Notes: generated from the letters alone by a model not told the origin. 64,000 nt of DNA from Caulobacter sp. (GCA_031426695.1 JASJPM010000007.1:383115-447114), one strand, 5' to 3'. Shown: positions 30,578 to 40,999, counted from the first letter of the stretch. Numbers and translations are program-made.

Positions 30578-31044
30578 CATTCCTTGTGGACCGTGGTTTT
30601 CAGGCCCATGTCGGCCGCGTCCCACTGGTCCGGCGACATCACCTGCACCGTCTGGCTGACGGTCCAGATGTGGCCCTCCGGGTCTTTGCAGCGATAGGTG
30701 CGGTCGCCGTAGAATTGCGTCTCCGGCTGCGCGATGATCGTCATCCCGGCCGCGCGGGCCCGCTCGCAGTGGGCGTCGACCGTCCCCTGCCCCTCCGGCA
30801 CCTGGATATGGACCGTCTGGGTCATCAGGCCGTTGATCGAGGCGGGACTGCGGTGCTCGTCGGTCCATTCGTTGCCGACCATCACCAGGCTGTCGCCGTA
30901 GCGCATCTGCGAATGGGCGAGGTTCCCCTGCTCGTCCTCGATCAGCAGCGTCAGCTCGAAGCCGAAGGCCGCTTCGAGGAACGTCAGGGCCGCCTTGGGG
31001 TCCTTGTAGACGACAGCGGAAGACAGGGCGGGATGCGTGGCCAT
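30577..31044 (-). CDS. VOC/glyoxalase (PhnB-like) protein
   Basis: YKDPKAALTFLEAAFG, HSQMRYGD, QFYGDRTYRCKDPEGHIWT. Confidence 0.85.
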   Translation of the reverse strand: MATHPALSSAVVYKDPKAALTFLEAAFGFELTLLIEDEQGNLAHSQMRYGDSLVMVGNEWTDEHRSPASINGLMTQTVHIQVPEGQGTVDAHCERARAAGMTIIAQPETQFYGDRTYRCKDPEGHIWTVSQTVQVMSPDQWDAADMGLKTTVHKE

Positions 31045-31072
31045 GGCGGACTCCGTTGCTATGATCGACAAT

Positions 31073-31102
31073 ATTTAACTCATATTGCAATTATATCGTC
31101 AA
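31073..31102 (-). promoter_or_regulatory. sigma70 promoter of the VOC-ArsR-SRPBCC operon, with a possible ArsR operator
   Basis: Minus strand TTGACG-17 nt-GTTAAAT; AT-rich imperfect palindrome ATTTAACTCATATTGCAAT (31073-31091). Confidence 0.55.
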
Positions 31103-31200
31103 GCCCGACGGTGCGGGGCCGCTTGGCGGCGCGCGCGACGCTGGTCATAGTCCCGGCATGTCGCGGATCGAGACCGGGGACGGACAGACCGGATGACCCA

Positions 31201-32091
31201 ATGAGTATCGCCCTCGAGGCCGTCGACGTCGGCAAAACGTTCGGCGCGGTCAAGGCGCTGGATGCGCTGTCGCTGCGGATCCCGAAAGGCGGAGTCTACG
31301 GCATCCTCGGGCCGAACGGGGCCGGCAAGAGCACCCTGTTCCGCATCGTGCTGGGCCTGGTCCGGCCGACCACCGGCGAGGCTCGGCTGCTCGGCGCCGC
31401 GGCCGGCGACATCAAGGCCTTGCGGCGGATCGGCGCCGTCATCGAGACCCCCCGCTTCCTGCCCTGGCTGACGGCGCGCGACACCCTGAAGGTGCTGGCG
31501 CTGGAGTCCGGCGAGGGCAAACCCGACATCGACGGCTGGCTGGACCGCGTGGGCCTGACCGAGGCGGCCGACCGCACCGTGCACGGCTTCTCGGTCGGCA
31601 TGAAGCAGCGGCTGGCGCTGGCCGCCGCCCTGCTGACCCGGCCCGAGGTGGTGATCCTCGACGAGCCGACCAGCGGCATGGATCCGGCCGGCATCCTGGA
31701 GATCCGGGCGCTGATCCGCGAGCTGGCCGACAGGGACGGCGTCACCGTCATCCTGGCCAGCCACCAACTGGACGAGGTTCAGCGGGTGTGCGACCGCGTC
31801 GCCTTCCTCGACCGGGGCAGGCTCGTGCGCGAGGGCTCGGTCAGCGAACTGACTGCCGTCCATGAACTGCTGCGGCTGACGGTCTCGCCGGTCGACAAGG
31901 CGTTGGCGGTGCTGGGCGACAAGGGGCGTGTCGACGGCGACGCGGTGCTGGCCGCTGTCGAACGCGCCGCCGCGCCGGGCCTCATCAAGGCGCTGGTCAA
32001 GGCCGGCGTCGACATCACCGAGGCGCGCTGGATCGGCGGAGACCTCGAGACCGTGTTCCTCAGCCTGACGGGAGAGACCGATGCTGGCTGA
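31201..32091 (+). CDS. ABC transporter ATP-binding protein (BcrA/LanF-like export type)
   Basis: GPNGAGKST, FSVGMKQR, ILDEPTSGMD, LASHQLDE. Confidence 0.9.
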   Translation: MSIALEAVDVGKTFGAVKALDALSLRIPKGGVYGILGPNGAGKSTLFRIVLGLVRPTTGEARLLGAAAGDIKALRRIGAVIETPRFLPWLTARDTLKVLALESGEGKPDIDGWLDRVGLTEAADRTVHGFSVGMKQRLALAAALLTRPEVVILDEPTSGMDPAGILEIRALIRELADRDGVTVILASHQLDEVQRVCDRVAFLDRGRLVREGSVSELTAVHELLRLTVSPVDKALAVLGDKGRVDGDAVLAAVERAAAPGLIKALVKAGVDITEARWIGGDLETVFLSLTGETDAG

Positions 32092-32926
32092 CGCCTTCGC
32101 CGCCGAGCGGCTGCGCCTGGGCAAGGCGCGCGGTCTGCTGTTCTGGGGCTTCCTGTTCGTCCCGATCGTGTCGCTGGCGTTCGGCCTGCTGGGCACGCTG
32201 ATCACCGTGGCGACGCGGCGCGCCCCCACCGACCCCGGCCTGGCCTTCGCGGCCAACGACCTGGCCAAGGCGGCGTCCGAGGCGATGACGCAGACCGACC
32301 TCATTCCGGTGCAGCTGTTCTTCATGCTGGCCGCCGCCGCGCTGGTGGCTGACGACTATCGCTGGGAAACTTGGCGGCTGATCACCCCGCGCAACACGCG
32401 GGCCAGCCTGCTGCTGGCCAAGCTGATGACCTTCGGCGTCGGCGCGGCGGGCGCCATCCTGCTGCTGGCGGTCCTGTCCATGGTCAGCGCGTTGATCGAC
32501 GGCCTGGTCACCGGCGACGGCTTCACCAGCACCTACAGCTTCACCACCGACCTTGTCCGCCTGGGCGGCAGCTTCGCGACCTCGTGGCTGGAGCTGATGG
32601 CTATGGCGGCGCTCGCCATGCTGCTGACCGTGCTGACTCGCAACGCCATCCCGGCGGTGATCGGCTCCATCGGCCTGTGGCTGGTGCAACTGGTGATCAT
32701 CGACCGGATCACAAAGGGCCTGACCGGCCCGCCGGGGGTGCTCGACTACGCCTTCCTGCCGGCCTTCAGCGCCGACGTCCTGCGCACCGCCCTGCTGGCC
32801 GGCGCGCCGCCGGACTCACAGCCCGCGCTCTGGCCGCTGGCCTTCCTGGCGCTGGCCGTGTGGGGCGCCGGCTTCGCGGCCCTTGCTGTCCTGGCCTTCC
32901 GCCGACAGGACCTGACGCGGGAGTAG
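32081..32926 (+). CDS. ABC-2 type permease
   Basis: About six hydrophobic segments, DDYRWETWR..RASLLLAK, C-terminal FRRQDL; overlaps the ATPase gene. Confidence 0.85.
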   Translation: MLADAFAAERLRLGKARGLLFWGFLFVPIVSLAFGLLGTLITVATRRAPTDPGLAFAANDLAKAASEAMTQTDLIPVQLFFMLAAAALVADDYRWETWRLITPRNTRASLLLAKLMTFGVGAAGAILLLAVLSMVSALIDGLVTGDGFTSTYSFTTDLVRLGGSFATSWLELMAMAALAMLLTVLTRNAIPAVIGSIGLWLVQLVIIDRITKGLTGPPGVLDYAFLPAFSADVLRTALLAGAPPDSQPALWPLAFLALAVWGAGFAALAVLAFRRQDLTRE

Positions 32927-32969
32927 AACAGGAGTGGAACATTCCCCTCCGGCATGCTAGGATTGTGCC

Positions 32970-33176
32970 ATGGAAAGCGATGACGACCATCAACTGAGCG
33001 AGGCTGGCGTTCCGTTCATGACGGAAGCGGAGATCGCCGCTGACCGTGCGCTGATCGCCGAGGCGATGGCGGACCTGGAAGCGGGCCGGTGCGTGCCTCA
33101 CGAAGAGGTCGCCGCCTGGCTCAAGACCTGGGGAACGGGCAAGCGCGTCCCGCCGCCCAAGTCGTGGTTCAGGTAA
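32970..33176 (+). CDS. Putative antitoxin
   Basis: IAEAMADLEAGRCVPHEEVAAWLKTWG; overlaps the toxin start. Confidence 0.7.
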   Translation: MESDDDHQLSEAGVPFMTEAEIAADRALIAEAMADLEAGRCVPHEEVAAWLKTWGTGKRVPPPKSWFR

Positions 33177-33439
33177 TCTGGTCGCCCCGCGCCTGGCGCG
33201 ATCTTGACGACATCCAGGGCTATGTGGCGTTCGACAAGCCCAACGCCGCCGAGCAACTGGCGGAACGCCTGTGGGAGGCGGGCGAAAGCCTCTCCGCCTT
33301 CCCCGACAGGGGGCGGTTGATCGCGTCAGGTGTCCGCGAACTGACCCATGTTCGCCCCTACCTGATCCGGTACGTCCGCTTCGGGCAGAGGGTGGTGATC
33401 ATCGAAGTCCGCCATACCGCCCGCCGGCCCCTGCCCTGA
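33164..33439 (+). CDS. Type II toxin, RelE/ParE family
   Basis: VIWSPRAWRDLDDI, LSAFPDRGR, VRELT..PYLIRY, IIEVRHTAR. GTG 33164. Confidence 0.85.
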   Translation: MVQVIWSPRAWRDLDDIQGYVAFDKPNAAEQLAERLWEAGESLSAFPDRGRLIASGVRELTHVRPYLIRYVRFGQRVVIIEVRHTARRPLP

Positions 33440-33449
33440 CGCGCAATGC

Positions 33450-33478
33450 AAAAGGCCCCGGATCGCTCCGGGGCCTTT
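33450..33478. terminator. Bidirectional intrinsic terminator between the TA pair and rplQ
   Basis: AAAAGGCCCCGGA-TCGC-TCCGGGGCCTTT. Confidence 0.85.
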
Positions 33479-33504
33479 CGTCAATCTGGACGGTGGCGTG
33501 AAGC

Positions 33505-33921
33505 CTATTCGTCGCCGCCGAAGCTTTCCTGGACCGGACCGGAGTCCTTGCCCTTTTCGCTCACGTCGCGGTCGACGAACTCGATGACGGCCATCGGGGC
33601 GTTGTCGCCGTGGCGGAAGCCGGCCTTCAGCACGCGGATGTAGCCGCCATTGCGGTCCTTGTAGCGCGGGCCGAGCACGGCGAAGAGCTTGCCGACCTGT
33701 TCGATATCGCGGACCTGGCTGATCGCCTGACGACGGGCGTGCAGGTCGCCGCGCTTGCCCAGCGTGATCAGCTTCTCGACGATGGGACGCAGTTCCTTCG
33801 CCTTGGGCAGGGTGGTGACGATCTGCTCGTGCTTGATCAGCGAGGCCGACATGTTCGCGAACATGGCGAGGCGGTGGCTGGTCGTACGACCCAGTTTACG
33901 GTGTGCTTTACCGTGACGCAT
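33505..33921 (-). CDS. rplQ: 50S ribosomal protein L17
   Basis: [21 protein letters not shown]-like [12 protein letters not shown]. Confidence 0.98.
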   Translation of the reverse strand: MRHGKAHRKLGRTTSHRLAMFANMSASLIKHEQIVTTLPKAKELRPIVEKLITLGKRGDLHARRQAISQVRDIEQVGKLFAVLGPRYKDRNGGYIRVLKAGFRHGDNAPMAVIEFVDRDVSEKGKDSGPVQESFGGDE

Positions 33922-34083
33922 TTTGTCTCTCCTGGGCGCTTGGCCCGCAGTGTCATCACCAATCCCGGCGCAGCTCCCTGCCGGGTCAGAACGAAAGCGC
34001 CGGGGCCCTCGACCGCAGATGCGGCGTCAGCGGGCCCCGAACCTGCCCGTGAAGGCCGGTCCGGGAGACAGCGCGGAAGCGAA

Positions 34084-35100
34084 CTAGATCTGGTCTTCGA
34101 ACTTCTTGGCCAGGTCTTCGATGTTTTCGGGCGGCCAGTTGGGCACGTCCATGCCGAGATGCAGGTTCATGCCCGCGAGCACTTCCTTGATCTCGTTCAG
34201 CGACTTGCGGCCGAAGTTCGGGGTGCGGAGCATCTCCGCCTCGGTCTTCTGGATCAGGTCGCCGATGTAGACGATGTTGTCGTTCTTCAGGCAGTTGGCC
34301 GAACGGACCGACAGCTCCAGCTCGTCGACCTTCTTCAGCAGCGCCGGGTTGAACGGCAGCTCCGGCTTCGACTCACCGTCCGTCTTGGCCTTGGGCTCTT
34401 CGAAGGTGATGAAGATCTGCAGCTGGTCCTGGAGGATGCGGGCGGCGTAGGCCACCGCGTCCACCGGGCCCACAGCGCCGTTGGTTTCGATTTCCAGCAC
34501 GAGCTTGTCGTAGTCGAGCGACTGACCCTGGCGGGTCGGCTCGACGCGGTAGGCGACGCGCTTGACCGGGCTGTAGAGGGCGTCGACGGCGATCAGGCCG
34601 ATCGGGGCGTCCTCGGGACGGTTCTTCTCGGCCGGGACGTAGCCCTTGCCGTTGTTGACCGTGAACTCCATGCGGACTTCCGCGCCGTCGTCCAGCGTGC
34701 AGAGCACGTGGTCGCCGTTGAGGATCTCGATGTCCGACGGGGCGTCGATCTGGCTGGCGGTGACCACGCCGGGGCCCTTGGCGCGCAGGGTCATGCGCTT
34801 GGGGCCTTCGGAGTGCAGGCGCAGGGCCAGCTGCTTGATGTTCAGGACGATGTCGACGACGTCCTCACGGACGCCTTCCAGCGACGAGAACTCGTGCACC
34901 ACGCCGTCAATCTGCACCGCCGTGACGGCGGCGCCTTGCAGCGAGGAGAGGAGCACACGACGAAGGGCGTTGCCGAGCGTCACCCCGAAACCGCGCTCCA
35001 GAGGCTCGGCGACGATGCGGGCCTTGCGGCTCGCGTCGACGCCGGCTTCGATCAGCGGCTTTTCCGGTTTGGTGAGCTCGTTCCAGTTTCTTTCGATCAC
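34084..35100 (-). CDS. rpoA: RNA polymerase alpha subunit
   Basis: [39 protein letters not shown]. Confidence 0.98.
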   Translation of the reverse strand: MIERNWNELTKPEKPLIEAGVDASRKARIVAEPLERGFGVTLGNALRRVLLSSLQGAAVTAVQIDGVVHEFSSLEGVREDVVDIVLNIKQLALRLHSEGPKRMTLRAKGPGVVTASQIDAPSDIEILNGDHVLCTLDDGAEVRMEFTVNNGKGYVPAEKNRPEDAPIGLIAVDALYSPVKRVAYRVEPTRQGQSLDYDKLVLEIETNGAVGPVDAVAYAARILQDQLQIFITFEEPKAKTDGESKPELPFNPALLKKVDELELSVRSANCLKNDNIVYIGDLIQKTEAEMLRTPNFGRKSLNEIKEVLAGMNLHLGMDVPNWPPENIEDLAKKFEDQI

Positions 35101-35176
35101 GGGCGGGTGTCCTTGGAACGCGGATTCGCCGGCCGCGAAACGCGTGGCCGGCGAAGGGATGGTCGAATTGTCTTAC

Positions 35177-35566
35177 TCAGACGCGCCGGCGCTTGGGGGG
35201 CCGGCAGCCGTTATGCGGAATGGGGGTCACATCACGGATGGTGGTGATCGTCATGCCGACCGACTGCAGGGCGCGCAGGGCCGACTCACGGCCCGAACCC
35301 GGACCGGAGACGTTCACTTCAAGGGTCTTAACACCGTGCTCGGCGGCCTTCTTGCCGGCGTCTTCGGCGGCCATCTGGGCGGCGTAGGGCGTCGACTTGC
35401 GCGAGCCCTTGAAGCCCATCATGCCGGCGCTCGACCAGGAGATGGTGTTCCCCTGGGCGTCGGTGATGGTGATCATGGTGTTGTTGAACGAGGCGTTCAC
35501 GTGCGCCACGCCCGACGTGATGTTCTTGCGTTCGCGCTTTTTGACGCGAGCCGGTTCCTTGGCCAT
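35177..35566 (-). CDS. rpsK: 30S ribosomal protein S11
   Basis: [31 protein letters not shown]. Confidence 0.98.
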   Translation of the reverse strand: MAKEPARVKKRERKNITSGVAHVNASFNNTMITITDAQGNTISWSSAGMMGFKGSRKSTPYAAQMAAEDAGKKAAEHGVKTLEVNVSGPGSGRESALRALQSVGMTITTIRDVTPIPHNGCRPPKRRRV

Positions 35567-35578
35567 CGAGGCTCTCTC

Positions 35579-35947
35579 TTACTTCTTCTTGCCGGCGATC
35601 GGCTTGGCCGGACCCTTGCGGGTGCGGGCGTTCGTGTGCGTGCGCTGACCACGGACCGGCAGGCCCTTGCGGTGACGCAGGCCGCGGTAGCAGGCCAGGT
35701 CCATCAGGCGCTTGATGTTGACCGAGGTCTCACGACGCAGGTCGCCCTCGACCGTGAAGTCCTTGTCGATGGCTTCGCGGATCTGGAGCACCTCGGCGTC
35801 CGTCAGCGCGTTAACGCGGCGGGCGTCCTCGATGCCGACCTTGGCGACGATCTCCTTGGCGGATTTCGGGCCGATGCCGTGAATGTACTGAAGCGCGATG
35901 ACTACGCGCTTGTTCGTCGGAATGTTGACGCCTGCGATACGGGCCAA
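35579..35947 (-). CDS. rpsM: 30S ribosomal protein S13
   Basis: [32 protein letters not shown]; TTG start. Confidence 0.98.
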   Translation of the reverse strand: MARIAGVNIPTNKRVVIALQYIHGIGPKSAKEIVAKVGIEDARRVNALTDAEVLQIREAIDKDFTVEGDLRRETSVNIKRLMDLACYRGLRHRKGLPVRGQRTHTNARTRKGPAKPIAGKKK

Positions 35948-36073
35948 GTCTTATCTCTCTAACCTTGCCGCGCCTCACGGGGCGCATGCGCATAACCAAA
36001 CGCGACACGCGCACCGGCCCTCAGCTTGCACTTTGAGCCGACGCGGGAGTCGCGCCTTTCGCGGAAGCGCACC

Positions 36074-36101
36074 GTTATAGGGATCGTTGCGCTTCCGTCA
36101 A
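36074..36101 (-). promoter_or_regulatory. sigma70 promoter of the alpha operon
   Basis: Minus strand TTGACG-16 nt-TATAAC, about 120 nt upstream of rpsM. Confidence 0.7.
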
Positions 36102-36248
36102 TGGCGGATCGGTCGTTTTACGGACCAACCCAGTTCTCGTAGATGACCGCCGAAGTCGTTGCCTGTCCGGCGGGTAGTTCGTGTTCGGGTCGTTCAGAAT
36201 CGCGCCTGGTGATCCATCACCGACGGGACCGCCGGATCTGGACAGGCT

Positions 36249-36821
36249 CTAGGCCTCGACTGTCTCCAGAGAGGCCTGGATGGCTTGTGAGACGGTATCG
36301 GGCGAGCCCATGCCGTCCACCGCCCGCAGCTTCCCCTGGCCCTCGTAGTAGGGCAGCAGCGGGGCCGTCTGGGCGTTGTAGGCGGCGAGGCGCGTCTTGA
36401 ACGTCTCGGGATTGTCGTCGGCCCGGCCCTGTTCCTCGAATCGGCCGGTGACCCGCGCGAGCAGGGCCGGTTCATCGACGAGCAGGCGGATGACGGTGTC
36501 GATTCGGGCGCCGCGGCCGCCGAGCATGGCGTCCAGCGCCTCGGCCTGGGCCACCGTGCGCGGGAAGCCGTCGAAGATGGCGCCGCCGGCGGCCTCGGTC
36601 TCCGGCAGCCGCTCCTCGATCAGCGCGATGACGATCTCGTCGGAGACCAGGTCGCCGCGGGCCAGGACGTCCTTAACCCGTTCACCGAGCTCGGAGCCGG
36701 ACGCGATCGCGGCGCGCAGCATGTCGCCGGTCGAAAGCTGGACCATGCCGCGCGTCTCGACCAGGCGCTTGGCCTGGGTGCCCTTGCCGCTCCCCGGCGG
36801 GCCGAACAGGATCAGGTTCAT
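36249..36821 (-). CDS. adk: Adenylate kinase (short form)
   Basis: GPPGSGKGTQA, LSTGDMLR, FDGFPRT, RADDNPE. Confidence 0.96.
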   Translation of the reverse strand: MNLILFGPPGSGKGTQAKRLVETRGMVQLSTGDMLRAAIASGSELGERVKDVLARGDLVSDEIVIALIEERLPETEAAGGAIFDGFPRTVAQAEALDAMLGGRGARIDTVIRLLVDEPALLARVTGRFEEQGRADDNPETFKTRLAAYNAQTAPLLPYYEGQGKLRAVDGMGSPDTVSQAIQASLETVEA

Positions 36822-36870
36822 TCCAGCTCTCCCCTCGCCCGGCTCTTGCGGCCGGGCTTGTCTCTCGACT

Positions 36871-38220
36871 CTAGCGCTTGCCGCCGCGCAGCTTCGACTT
36901 CTTGATCAGGCCTTCGTACTGGTGCGCCAGCAGGTGGGACTGGATCTGCGCGACCGTGTCCATGGTCACCGAGACCACGATCAGGATCGAGGTGCCGCCG
37001 AGCGCCATGGCCGTGGCCGGGGCGTTCATGAAGGTGACCATCATCTCGGGCAGCAGGCAGACCAGCGCGATATAGCCGGCGCCGATCACCGTCAGGCGGG
37101 TCAGGACGAAGTCCAGATACTCCGCCGTCCGCTTGCCAGGCCGGATGCCCGGCATGAAGCCGCCGTACTTGCGCAGGTTCTCGGCCGTCTCCTCGGGATT
37201 GAACACGATGGAGGTGTAGAAGAAGCAGAAGAAGATGATCAGGGCGGCGTAGAGCGCCATGAACAGCGGACGGCCGTGCTGAAGCTGGGCCAGCACCGGC
37301 TGCATCGTCTGCATCCACTCCGGCGGATTGGCCTGGCCGGCCATCATGGTGATCACCGTCGTCGGCAGCAGCAGCAGCGACGAGGCGAAGATCGGCGGGA
37401 TGACGCCGGCGGTGTTGACCTTCAGCGGCAGGAACGAGGACTCGCCGCCGACCATCCGGTTGCCCTGCTGACGCTTGGGATACTGGATGAGCAGCCGGCG
37501 CTGCGAGCGCTCCATGAAGACGATGAACAGCACCACGGCGATGGCCATGCCGAGCAGGCCGAACAGCACCAGCGGCGAGATCGAGCCGACCTGGGCCTGC
37601 TGGAACAGCTGCCAGACGCTGCGCGGCAGCACCGCGACGATGCCGGCGAAGATCAGCAGGCTGATGCCGTTGCCGACGCCGCGGCTGGTGATCTGCTCAC
37701 CCAGCCACATCAGGAACATGGTGCCGCCGGTCAGAGTGACGACCGTCGAGGCGATGAAGAAGGGCCCCGGGTCCAGCGCCACCGACTGCATGCCCAGCGC
37801 CGTGCCGAACGACTGGAACAGCGCCAGCACGACGGTCAGGTAGCGGGTGTACTGGTTGAGCTGCTTGCGCCCCGCCTCCCCGCCTTCCTTCTTCAGCTTC
37901 TCCCACGGCGGATAGACCGTCTGGAGCAGCTGAACGATGATCGAGGCCGAGATGTAGGGCATCACGTTCAGGGCGAAGATGGCCATCCGCTCGACGGCGC
38001 CGCCCGAGAACATGTTGAACATTCCCAGGATGCCCTGGCTGTTCTGCTGGAACTGCGCGGCGAACTGCACCGCGTCGATGCCCGGGATCGGGACATAGGT
38101 TCCAAGACGATAGATGACGAGCGCGATCAGGGTGAACCCGATGCGCTTCTGCAGCTCCGTCGCCCTTTGGAAGGCGCCGAAGTTAAGGTTGGCGGCTAGC
38201 TGCTCGGCGGCCGAGGCCAT
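36871..38220 (-). CDS. secY: Preprotein translocase SecY
   Basis: IFALNVMPYISASII, GNGISLLIF, GVIPPIFASS, FIPG-like FMPGIRPG, GGTSILI. Confidence 0.98.
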   Translation of the reverse strand: MASAAEQLAANLNFGAFQRATELQKRIGFTLIALVIYRLGTYVPIPGIDAVQFAAQFQQNSQGILGMFNMFSGGAVERMAIFALNVMPYISASIIVQLLQTVYPPWEKLKKEGGEAGRKQLNQYTRYLTVVLALFQSFGTALGMQSVALDPGPFFIASTVVTLTGGTMFLMWLGEQITSRGVGNGISLLIFAGIVAVLPRSVWQLFQQAQVGSISPLVLFGLLGMAIAVVLFIVFMERSQRRLLIQYPKRQQGNRMVGGESSFLPLKVNTAGVIPPIFASSLLLLPTTVITMMAGQANPPEWMQTMQPVLAQLQHGRPLFMALYAALIIFFCFFYTSIVFNPEETAENLRKYGGFMPGIRPGKRTAEYLDFVLTRLTVIGAGYIALVCLLPEMMVTFMNAPATAMALGGTSILIVVSVTMDTVAQIQSHLLAHQYEGLIKKSKLRGGKR

Positions 38221-38302
38221 GGACTTCCCCGCGACTCATCAATGAGCGACACAGATAGGGTCGGCGCCGGGGGTTGTCACCCGGCGCGCGACCTTCTGGC
38301 GC

Positions 38303-38788
38303 TTAGGCTTCCGCTTCGACCTTGGCCGGGCGGGTCACGGTGATCTTGCCACCGGCCTTTTCAACGGCGGCCTTGGCGGCTTCCGAAGCGCGGTAGACGG
38401 TGATCTCGATCTTCGAGGTCAGTTCGCCCTTGCCGAGCAGGCTGACGCCGTCCTTCTTGCGACGGATGACGCCGGCCTTCAGCAGCGCGTCGGCGTCGAT
38501 GGCCTTCTTGGCGTCGAGCTTCCCGGCGGCGATCGCCTGCTCGATGCGCCAGAAGTTCACTTCCGCGAACTCCTTGGCGAAGGGGTTGTTGAAGCCGCGC
38601 TTGGGCATGCGCATGTGCAGCGGCATCTGGCCGCCTTCGAAACCGGCGATGGCGACGCCGCTGCGCGCCTTCTGGCCCTTCACACCGCGACCGGCGGTCT
38701 TGCCCTTGCCCGAACCCGGGCCGCGGCCGACGCGCATGCGGTTCTTGGTGGAGCCTTCGCGCGGGGCGATTTCGTTGAGTTTCGTCAT
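38303..38788 (-). CDS. rplO: 50S ribosomal protein L15
   Basis: [29 protein letters not shown]. Start ATG 38788. Confidence 0.97.
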   Translation of the reverse strand: MTKLNEIAPREGSTKNRMRVGRGPGSGKGKTAGRGVKGQKARSGVAIAGFEGGQMPLHMRMPKRGFNNPFAKEFAEVNFWRIEQAIAAGKLDAKKAIDADALLKAGVIRRKKDGVSLLGKGELTSKIEITVYRASEAAKAAVEKAGGKITVTRPAKVEAEA

Positions 38789-38846
38789 GGTGTGCCTCTC
38801 CTTGGAGATCTGGCGCCAGGACCAGGCGATCCCGACTCGGCTTTGC

Positions 38847-38894
38847 AAAAATAGAGTCCGCCCGTCCTGCGGTTCGCGGGACGGGCGGCGCTCT
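38847..38894 (-). terminator. Terminator-like hairpin between rpmD and rplO
   Basis: On the minus strand, a GC-rich stem (about 12 of 13 bp plus extension) is followed by AUUUUU. Confidence 0.55.
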
Positions 38895-38903
38895 GTAGCG
38901 GGT

Positions 38904-39089
38904 TTAGTCGACCACTTCCACCATGTGGGCGACCTTGGCGATCATCCCACGGATGGAGGGGGTGTCCTCGAGCACGCGGGTGCGTCCCACGCGGTTGAGG
39001 CCCAGGCCCTGCAGAGTGGCGCGCTGGTCCGACTTGCGGCGGATCGGGCTCGCCGTCTGGCGGACGGTGACAGTCTTCTTCTCGGCCAT
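38904..39089 (-). CDS. rpmD: 50S ribosomal protein L30
   Basis: [26 protein letters not shown]. Confidence 0.96.
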   Translation of the reverse strand: MAEKKTVTVRQTASPIRRKSDQRATLQGLGLNRVGRTRVLEDTPSIRGMIAKVAHMVEVVD

Positions 39090-39092
39090 CGG

Positions 39093-39698
39093 TTAGCCCT
39101 CGATCGCGTCCGGCGCCGAAGCGCCGTCGGCCCGGCGGCCCAGGATGTCGCCGACCTTCTTGCCGCGCTTGGCGGCGATCTGGCGAGGCGAGCTCTGGGC
39201 CTTCAGCGCTTCAAACGTCGCGCGGACCATGTTGTAGGGGTTGGACGAGCCGCTGGACTTGCCGACGACGTCCTGGACGCCGAGGGTTTCCAGAACAGCG
39301 CGCATCGGACCGCCGGCGATGACGCCGGTGCCCGGAGGCGCCGCGCGGACCATCACCTTGCCGGCGCCCCAACGGCCGTTGCCGTCGTGGTGCAGCGTGC
39401 GGGATTCGCGCAGCGGAACGCGGATCATCGACTTCTTGGCCTCTTCGGTCGCCTTGCGGATGGCTTCCGGCACTTCACGCGCCTTGCCATGACCGAAGCC
39501 GACGCGGCCCTTCTGGTCGCCGACGACCATCAGAGCGGCGAAGCTGAAGCGACGACCACCCTTCACGGTGGCGGCGACGCGGTTGATGTGGACCAGCTTC
39601 TCGACGATATCGCTGTCGGGACCATCGGCCTGGGGAGCGTTGCGGTCACGGCGATCACGGCGATCGCCGCCACCACCGCCACGGGGTTCACGAGCCAT
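39093..39698 (-). CDS. rpsE: 30S ribosomal protein S5
   Basis: [27 protein letters not shown]. Confidence 0.98.
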   Translation of the reverse strand: MAREPRGGGGGDRRDRRDRNAPQADGPDSDIVEKLVHINRVAATVKGGRRFSFAALMVVGDQKGRVGFGHGKAREVPEAIRKATEEAKKSMIRVPLRESRTLHHDGNGRWGAGKVMVRAAPPGTGVIAGGPMRAVLETLGVQDVVGKSSGSSNPYNMVRATFEALKAQSSPRQIAAKRGKKVGDILGRRADGASAPDAIEG

Positions 39699-39709
39699 CT
39701 GGGCGCTCC

Positions 39710-40066
39710 TTAGAAGTTCAGGCCGGCTTCACGCGCGGCATCCGCCAGCGCCTTCACCCGACCGTGATAGATGTAGCCGCCACGATCGAAGACGACGTCC
39801 TTGACGCCCTTCTCGATAGCGCGCTCGGCGACGAGCTTGCCGACCAGGGCCGCGGCGTCCTTGTCCGCGCCCTTGCTCGTCTTCTCGCCTTCCAGCGAAG
39901 AAGCCGAAGCCAGGGTCACGCCACGTTCGTCGTCGATGATCTGGGCGTAGATGTTCTTGCTCGAGCGGAAGACCGACAGGCGCGGACGACCGTTCGACAG
40001 CGCCTTGAGGCGCGTACGCGTGCGCTGGGCGCGGCGCGTGTGGGATTCGCGAGGAGAGAGCGCCAT
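39710..40066 (-). CDS. rplR: 50S ribosomal protein L18
   Basis: [30 protein letters not shown]. Confidence 0.98.
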   Translation of the reverse strand: MALSPRESHTRRAQRTRTRLKALSNGRPRLSVFRSSKNIYAQIIDDERGVTLASASSLEGEKTSKGADKDAAALVGKLVAERAIEKGVKDVVFDRGGYIYHGRVKALADAAREAGLNF

Positions 40067-40068
40067 GA

Positions 40069-40602
40069 CTACTTCTTCTTGCCTTCCTTGCGGCGAACCT
40101 TCTCGCCGGCGTAGCGGACGCCCTTGCCCTTGTAGGGCTCCGGCGGACGGATACGGCGGATCTTGGCCGCGGTTTCACCGACCAGTTGCTTGTCGATGCC
40201 GGCGATCTTGATCTCGGTCTGCTTGGGCACGACGAAGGTGATGCCCGACGGCGCCGGGAAGTCCACTTCGTGGCTGAAGCCGAGTTGCATCGACAGGGCA
40301 GAACCCTTGAGGGCGGCGCGATAACCGACGCCGACCAGTTCGAGGGTCTCTTCGTAGCCCTGGCTGACGCCGACCACCATGTTGTTCACCAGAGTGCGCG
40401 ACAGGCCCCACATCCCGCGAGCGCGGGTGGAGTCGTTGCGCGGCGAGAGCGTCAGCTCCGCGCCTTCCAGCGTGATCTCGATATCTTCCGAAACGGTCCA
40501 GGAAAGGTTCCCCTTGGGGCCCTTCACCGCGACCGTCTGGCCGTCGATGGTGACGGTCACCCCGGAGGGGATCGCCACGATTTTCTTTCCGATACGGCTC
40601 AT
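40069..40602 (-). CDS. rplF: 50S ribosomal protein L6
   Basis: [26 protein letters not shown]. Confidence 0.98.
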   Translation of the reverse strand: MSRIGKKIVAIPSGVTVTIDGQTVAVKGPKGNLSWTVSEDIEITLEGAELTLSPRNDSTRARGMWGLSRTLVNNMVVGVSQGYEETLELVGVGYRAALKGSALSMQLGFSHEVDFPAPSGITFVVPKQTEIKIAGIDKQLVGETAAKIRRIRPPEPYKGKGVRYAGEKVRRKEGKKK

Positions 40603-40603
40603 A

Positions 40604-40999
40604 TCAGTACACCCGGCAGAGGACTTCGCCGCCGACGTTAGCGTCGCGGGCGGCGGTGTCCGACATCACGCCTTGGGGCGTCGACAGGATCGAGATGCCC
40701 AGGCCGTTCTTCACCGGCTTGAGGTCCTTGATCGAGGAGTAGACGCGGCGGCCCGGCTTGGAGACGCGGCGGATCTCGACGATCACGGGCTCGTTGTCGA
40801 AGTACTTGAGCTCGATCTCGAATTCGGGGAACGCACCGGGCTTCTCGACCAGCGAGTAGCCGCGGATGTAGCCTTCCATCGCCAGGACATCGAGGACGCG
40901 CGCGCGCATCTTCGAAGCCGGAGTGGAAACCTTCGCCCGCTTGCGCATGGCGGCGTTCTTGATGCGGGCGATCATATCGCCAATGGGGTCGTTGACCAT
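40604..40999 (-). CDS. rpsH: 30S ribosomal protein S8
   Basis: [29 protein letters not shown]. Start ATG 40999. Confidence 0.98.
   Translation of the reverse strand: MVNDPIGDMIARIKNAAMRKRAKVSTPASKMRARVLDVLAMEGYIRGYSLVEKPGAFPEFEIELKYFDNEPVIVEIRRVSKPGRRVYSSIKDLKPVKNGLGISILSTPQGVMSDTAARDANVGGEVLCRVY

Noticed and set aside
31158-31196. 12-codon uORF (MSRIETGDGQTG) ahead of the ABC ATPase gene
   Set aside because: It has no informative codon pattern or associated structure, and such ORFs arise readily by chance.
36102-36248. Possible small ORF or gene remnant between adk and the rpsM promoter
   Set aside because: There is no start with an RBS and no recognisable motif; only a 7-codon ORF is seen.
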